A stretch of DNA of 64,000 bases, from the NCBI RefSeq assembly GCF_000315625.1, contig NW_005434658.1, forward strand, positions 463,139 through 527,138, given 5' to 3'. Below the pieces are notes generated by a model. The model searched no databases and had not been told where the DNA came from. It saw nothing but the letters and a program-made list of their open reading frames with translations. Positions within the stretch are counted from its first letter, which is position 1. Each line of letters starts with the position of its first letter. The position numbers and the translations under genes were made by a program. Positions 57,834 through 64,000 of the stretch are shown one piece after another. This stretch comes from Guillardia theta CCMP2712 (lineage: Eukaryota; Protista; Cryptophyta).

Positions 57834-60412
57834 TCAGCAGCACCAGGGGCAGCGGCCGCACAGGGTCACGCAGTCTGCCGGCACGCGGCCCTTGGGCAGG
57901 AGGTGATACTCGATCTTTCCTGCGAACCCGAAGACGCGATGGGGGTCAAGGTGCTGCTCTCGTAGCCGGTAGACTTGACCGTCCATGTCGCTCCTCCTCG
58001 GCTCGCTGTTGGCGAACGGAAGGACCCCCATGGTCGCTGCTCCTGTCCGCACCAGGAGGACCTCGTCCCTCTCCGTTACATCCCCGCTGTCATGCTCGTG
58101 CACGAACGGTCCCCGGACTGCCAGCGCCCCCTGGCCGGCGACATCGACAGGATGCGGCGAGTGGATGTAGAGCGAGACGAACTGGCGAGGGGGCAACAGG
58201 ATGCCTCCCCCCTCGAAGTCTGTGAAGCTGATCGCTTGTCCCACTTGCCCCCAGTCCGACGGCATATCCTTCCATGCTGACGTCACTCGGGTCCACCTCC
58301 TCCTGTCGTAGTACTTCCTCCTGCAGCAGGAGCAACAGGAGGAGCAGCAGGAGCAGTTGGCGTCGCACCTCCAGCCAGGGAACTCAAGCATGTTACAGTC
58401 CTTGGCATGCCTGAAGGGAGCAAACTCATGGTGCGAGGAGGAGGAGGGGGAGGAGGGGGAGGAGGGGGAGGAGGAGGAGGAGGAGGAGGAGGGAGGACCT
58501 GTGAACTCCATTCCTGCAGCACTTGCATCCACAGCACCTGCATAGCGATATGGCGGGCATGCCCGGCTCCGACACCCCCCCGTGCCTCTCCCCCACCAGG
58601 CATCCACAACCCCAGCAGCAAAGAGGCACCAGGTAAGGGAAGAGCACCAGCGGACAAGCGCAGTTGCCAGTGCAGCAGGACACGCAGCCGTCGCAGCAGG
58701 GCTCCGCAACCTCCAGCCCGGGCCCGCACTCTCCGCAGCAGCAGCAGCCGCTCTGCCGGTCAGGTCAGGGACGAGAGCAAGGAGCAGGGGGCTCTGACCG
58801 TGCGGGAGGTGCAGGGGCGGCAGCGGCAGAAGCACTTCATCATCTGGACGTTGGGCCGGCCAGACGGGAAGCTCCCGCAGCAGAGGAAGCAAAAGCGGCA
58901 GGGGAGCAGGCGATTGCAGGGGCACCTTCCTACGTTCCATCGACCTGGCGCGCGGTAGATGGTGTAGGAGCACGAGCCGCTCTTGCTCCTCCCTCCTGAG
59001 ATGTGCAGCCCCGTGATCATGGCAGGGTACTCGCTCCTGTTCTCCACCTCGAACATGAGGCCCCGCACTGAGCTCTCCCACTGCTTGTTCGAGCAGTCCA
59101 GAATTCGTTTCTGTGAGAAGATGTGAGAGAAGGGAAGGGAGGCCTGCACAAGAGCGGAGAGGAGAGAGAAGAGGAGAACAAGTTGGTAGGGAGGGAAGGG
59201 GAAGGAAGAGGGGAGGGAAGGGAAGAGGTATGCGGATAACCTCGCCCAAGACGAGTCCCTTCCTCTTCCCCTTGTTGGTCTGAATGATCACATCTCGTTC
59301 CAGGCTGAGGTTAAGCATGCTTGGGCAGCCATCGAATCCGATGACGTCATCCCCGGCCTCGTTCTTGATGGGGTACAAGACCTCCTCGATCTTCTTCCTC
59401 GACGCTAGGGCTGAGAGTTTGACGCTCACAGACCCGATCAGGTCGTCCTCCGATCCCGCGTCCCAGTCCCATACACTCACCACTAGCTCCTGCCATACCT
59501 CCGTCAGCATCGCATGCGCCCACGAGCCGGCACGACCTGATTGGTGTAGTCCTTGACCTCGAAGTCGTACTGCTCGTCAAGGAACTGAGGGTTGTAGTTC
59601 TTCTTGATCACCTTCGTCTTCCTCCGGTACGTCTGTCCTCCATGCTCCCGGTTGTCAAGGGTGACAATGCAGTACCTGCCAGGCAGTCACCCAGCACGTC
59701 GCTCCTCTTATCGGTCATGTACGCGTCCACTTTCCCGAACTTGTCCATCCTCGGGAGATGCTTCAGCGAGTGGACGGTCACCCTCACGTTCACAGGCTCG
59801 TGGCTCTTTCCCTCGCCCTCCTCCTCCCCCTCCTCCTCAGAGCTGTTCTGATCGTCCAGCCTTGCCACCTGCGTCAGCCACGTGGGTCACACGGGGAGGG
59901 AACAGGGGCAAAGGCATGCGGCAACAGACATGGCTGTAGGTAGCTCGCTTGCCCTCCTTGGATCTTTCCAGCAGCTTCTTGGCGGCGGCAGTCTGCATCC
60001 ATGAATTCGCATCCTTGAGCAGCAGCGATGAATGTCCCTCCTGCCTCCTCTCGTCCTGCTCCTCCTCGTTAGTCTCCTCTGACCACAGTGAGATCTCCTC
60101 CATACCACCAGCGGCTGGACATTCTCACTTGCTATCCCTTCAGCCTCCTCGGTGTCCTCGTCAGTGTCATGCCTGGGGGACACGCTCTGATCTGAGCCAG
60201 AGGAGCTGGAGGAGGCGCGGCGAGCTGCTCCTCTCCTCACGCCATTGATGATCATCCTGTATGCAAGGTGCTTGTCGGGTCAACACACAACTTGATCTCA
60301 ACTGAGCATTTTCCTTCCAAGATCAACAAAGACTGACAGCAGACGGACCTCTGCTTCTTCCTGTTTCATCACTAGCAGCAACGCCCGTCGGTGCCTCTGC
60401 ACTGCCTACCAT
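57834..60412 (-). CDS. C2-domain protein with Cys-rich C-terminal region (5' end uncertain)
   Basis: 'HLPRMDKFGKVDAYC', 'KTKVIKKNYNPQF', 'VSVWDWDAGSEDDLIG'. Confidence 0.8.
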
Positions 60413-60621
60413 GGACTCAGCTCAGCCTGCTTGGTTCAACTGATGCTGCTGCCCCGCCTTCCTGTTCCATTTGATGAGCCTGAGCCGAGTAGTCCCGGCC
60501 TCGGCTGCCGGGAGTCTCAGTACCGGCGGGCCGCCACCGTGCCGGCCCGGGGAACCCGGCCGGGCCCGGGGGTTTTCAAGTTACAGCTACCGTACAAGTT
60601 CCCCTCACTCACCGTCGGGCG

Positions 60622-61453
60622 ATGGCGATGAGAGGGAAGGGAGAGAGGAGCAAGGCAGCGACCGCGATGGGAGGAGCAAGGATGACGACGACGATCATCG
60701 TCACCATGTCGATGCTGATGATGACTGATGCTCTTGGCATGGAGGGACATCACTCAGACGTTCCTCCTCCTCCCCTGCGTTCCATGGCGCCTGCCCCCCA
60801 ACATTCGATCTCCAATGTCCTCCCCCCCGGCATGCCCCGCAAGACAGCTGAGCCTCCGAGGGTGATGAAGACACCGAACAATGGCGCGATCGGTCAGTCC
60901 TCTCTTTGTTGATTGCTGGATCGCTCTCTCTGTTCCTTGCATGAGCCTTGATACCACTCTCATACCAGCTCGAAGCATGGGTTGCACAGACATCCCCATC
61001 GACGGGATGATCATCTTTGGGAGCTCTGGTGGCCGTCTGCTTGCTTTTACATGCTCACCTCTCTTACCCCAGCCCCAGGTCTGCTCCTCGGCCTCATTTT
61101 CCAGAAGTGCGGCAAATCAGCCGTTGCGGCCCTCACGGCTTTTGCTGTGTGGATCAAGGCGCTCGAGATGAACAGGTACATCTCGTTCAACACACCGAAG
61201 ATGCAGGAGGACGCTATGGACTCCAAGACGTACAAATACGTCGAGGTCACGAAGAATTCGTTTCTCTCGAAGCTCCCCGCATCCATCAAGGTGCGGTTTT
61301 ATGGTTCCGGCAGTGGGGAATTGACATCTCGCGCAGGAGCAAGTGAACAAGTTCGTTGGGATCGCTCTCATGGCGTTGCAGAACAACCTCAGAGGCATCA
61401 GCGTTGCCTTCTCCTCGTTCGCCTTCGGCTGGACCATCGGGAACCGTCTGTGA
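60622..61453 (+). CDS. FUN14-family membrane protein
   Basis: 'FGSSGGLLLGLIFQKCGKSAVAALTAFAVWIKALEMNRYISFN' and C-terminal 'FAFGWTIG' fit the FUN14 pattern. Confidence 0.6.
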
Positions 61454-61543
61454 GGGCAGCAGGGGCATTTGCACGTCAAGTGTTGTTAAGTACATCCCGG
61501 CATGGCTACCTCTCTCAACAAGAATAAGTCGTTCTCCTCCACG

Positions 61544-64000
61544 TCACCATATGATCCCGCTATCTCCTCCATCCTTCCCCTTCTTCTTCAGCTCGTTCCC
61601 ACCGATGATGAGGTTGCCATCCTTGTCCCATCCTCCCCTAGACTCCCCTCTCCAAGGAGCGTTCTGCCCGGAAGCTTCGAAGGACTAGGAAGCAAAGTGA
61701 GAATGAACAGAGAGAAGAAAGGAGGGAACGCGGGTGGGAGAGAGGGGAGGAGAGAGGGTAAAAGAAGCTGAGGAGCAGGATCAAGGGTGAGGGGAGTAGG
61801 GAGTTGGGAGGGGAAGCGTTCAAGAAAAGAGACAATGGGGTGACAAGTAGAGGAAATGGCGGAGGAGCGAGACGGAGAGCAGGTAAAGGTGAGAGGCGCG
61901 AAAGAATGGAGGCAGGCAAGTGACATAGAGCGCAAGACCTCTTCGAGAGCTTCAAGCTCCCACACAGACACTGTGCGTTTGTGGAAGGCCTCGTTCTGCA
62001 GAGCCTGCACATCCTTGGCCTCGTTGAGGCCGTAGATCTCAGTAACCACTTGCTCTCCTTCCTTGGCAATCTTGTCGATCTGCCAGCCATGATCAGAAGT
62101 GTCGAAGCCGATGCAAGAAAAGTTCACCTGCTTCAAGAACTTCTCGTCAACGTTTCCATAATTCGCGATGAGGTCACGAAGAGCATTAACGAAGCGTTTT
62201 CCGTTCACTTGCTGGCTTTTTCTCTCAGTGCCTTGAAAACCCCAGGCGTCAATAGATTTTTCAGTAGGAATCTAAGTCATCTACCGTCAGGGTTAAAAAC
62301 CTTTTCGCGGGGTTTGAAGGCTTCCACGAATTGAGCTTTCCTTGCCTGGCTCATCTTCTTTAGTCGCGTACTCGCTCAAAGGATAAGAGACCTCGGGGTC
62401 TTCCGTTCGCATCAGCTTGCGGATGAGGCGAATCTCATCGGGCATGGAGGCATCCTTGTACTCGATGGCCTTGTCTTTCAACATGGTCATGACCTAAAAC
62501 AGTCATCATGTCCACGATCTTCTCTCCTTCACTCGTCAAGAACCTCGACAGCAGGCTGCGCTCCTGCCTTGCGAGCTTGATCTATGTTGGCCTCGAGAAG
62601 CAGGATGACGCTCTCATCCAAACCGCCCTTTGCCTGCATAATACCGCTTCAGCACGTGCAAGCCATCCTCTCCGCCTCTCACATTGAGGAGCATGAGCTC
62701 CTTGCGCATTCCGTTGAGGTCTCCGGCCTTCAACACCTTCTGCAGCGCGTCGGAGGCTTTCTGGATCCTGGCGCTCATGCAAGCTTGGATGGCGCTGTTC
62801 AACTGAGTCAAGAGCTCCTTCTGGGGCCCATCTTCTTGCATCTTCTCGTTCAGCTGAAGTGCGCGTCAGAGGATCGCGGGCCTCACAGCTCCAAAGCATC
62901 ACCCGCTCCAAGAAGCGCATGTCGATCTTGTCGTATCCGGCCTCAACGGCAGTCGAGATCTTGCTCGGGTCCTTGATCAGCTCTTGCATGAAGGCGTCGT
63001 AACTGCCAAAGGGTGAGCTTGACGCGCCTCTTTCAACGTCCATCACGTTGCAGAAGCAAGGTCCGCTGTGCTGTAAGAGTCCAGTGAGAGAGCAGAGGTC
63101 GACAGCCCGGCTGCCTCGATGTCGTCTTTCGAGACATCCCCGCGCTCCATCTTCAAAGGCAGTCAGAGGTGTCAGGGTGTGACAGCAGTCGTTTCCCACC
63201 GCTGCCTTGAGGATCTTCTGCATCAGGTCCGTGACCTGTCGTGAAAGAGCATGAGTAGAGGATGATGTCAGGAAGCATGCATGCTCTCACAGCGTCCTTC
63301 AGAACAGCCAAGGTCTCCTTCTCATCCGCATCCTTGGTGTCCTCGATCTTCCTTGCCAGGACTGCACCAGACTAGTTCAGATCAAAGCTAGCTGACCTTT
63401 TCATAACAAAAAAATGTAAACAGATGCAATCATTACAATTGTAGAAGCTGTCGTCCAACTTGTCCAAGTTCTTCTCCACCACCTTGGGCAACTCGTCGGG
63501 ATTCCTGGACGAATGTCAGCATTTATTTCCGGCAGGAGTCTCAGCCGTACGTGAAGGCCAACTCGGCGAGCAAGATCTCGTAGTCGGACGCCTGATGATA
63601 CATCCGTCAGCGAGGCGTCTTCCTCGACCTCACTGGTAGCAACCTTTGATACAGCTTTCTTTGCAGCATCATTCGACTTGTCGCTGGGGTCGGACGGACC
63701 GATCTGCCGGCATATCACGATAGAGCACGAGCTAGGGATTCTTCTGCTCTCTTACGGGGATATCTACGCCCATTCTAAGCTTAAGTTGTTGGCGTGGGCG
63801 CAGAGAAAACCCCTGATTGGGGCGCTGTCCTAGGATGGAGCACGCCGAGGGCAGTTGAGACCTCTGTCCAGGCATAGCAGGCGTATTTACATACGCGGTA
63901 CCATGGCATTGGTACAGGCCCTGATGAGCATAAGCTCCAACCAAGAAGCTGAGAATCAGCCCTGTAAAAAGAGCATTTCAGCAAATCCCGTCCGTACATC
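61544..64000 (-). CDS. Conserved-looking helical hypothetical protein, probably plastid-targeted; 5' end likely outside the window
   Basis: Multi-exon; 'LLEANIDQARKAGA', 'PDEIRLIRKLMRTEDPE'; hydrophobic leader fragment plus R/S/Q-rich transit-like stretch. Confidence 0.65.

Noticed and set aside
1-64000. CRISPR arrays, tRNA and rRNA genes
   Set aside because: No repeat-spacer arrays, cloverleaf structures or rRNA-like tracts were seen.

Overview
Gene-dense eukaryotic nuclear DNA with many short (about 45-60 nt) GT-AG introns, a few GC-AG introns and intronic microsatellites. Signal-peptide plus transit-peptide leaders and Zn2Cys6 factors suggest an alga with a complex red plastid, most likely a cryptophyte (Guillardia/Hanusia-like; inference). 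About 24 genes can be read. They include a giant IPT/cadherin-like surface protein, NOB1 (with an intronic H/ACA snoRNA), two 2OG-Fe(II) oxygenases, SEL1L/HRD3, RPS11, RPS9, a mitochondrial-carrier protein, RPA49, TrmB, an EF-hand/thioredoxin/Cys-repeat protein, a GT32 glycosyltransferase, a BTB protein, a degenerate MsrB, UTP5/WDR43, a C2 protein and a FUN14 protein. The most unusual structure is at 11.8-17.1 kb: two back-to-back gene palindromes. One is an unknown 348-aa gene duplicated head-to-head. The other is a triple-Zn2Cys6 transcription factor duplicated head-to-head. All four copies appear intronless and intact, the spacers carry symmetric motifs, and GC-rich islands flank the block. 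Splice models were deduced by eye, so multi-exon boundaries are approximate.
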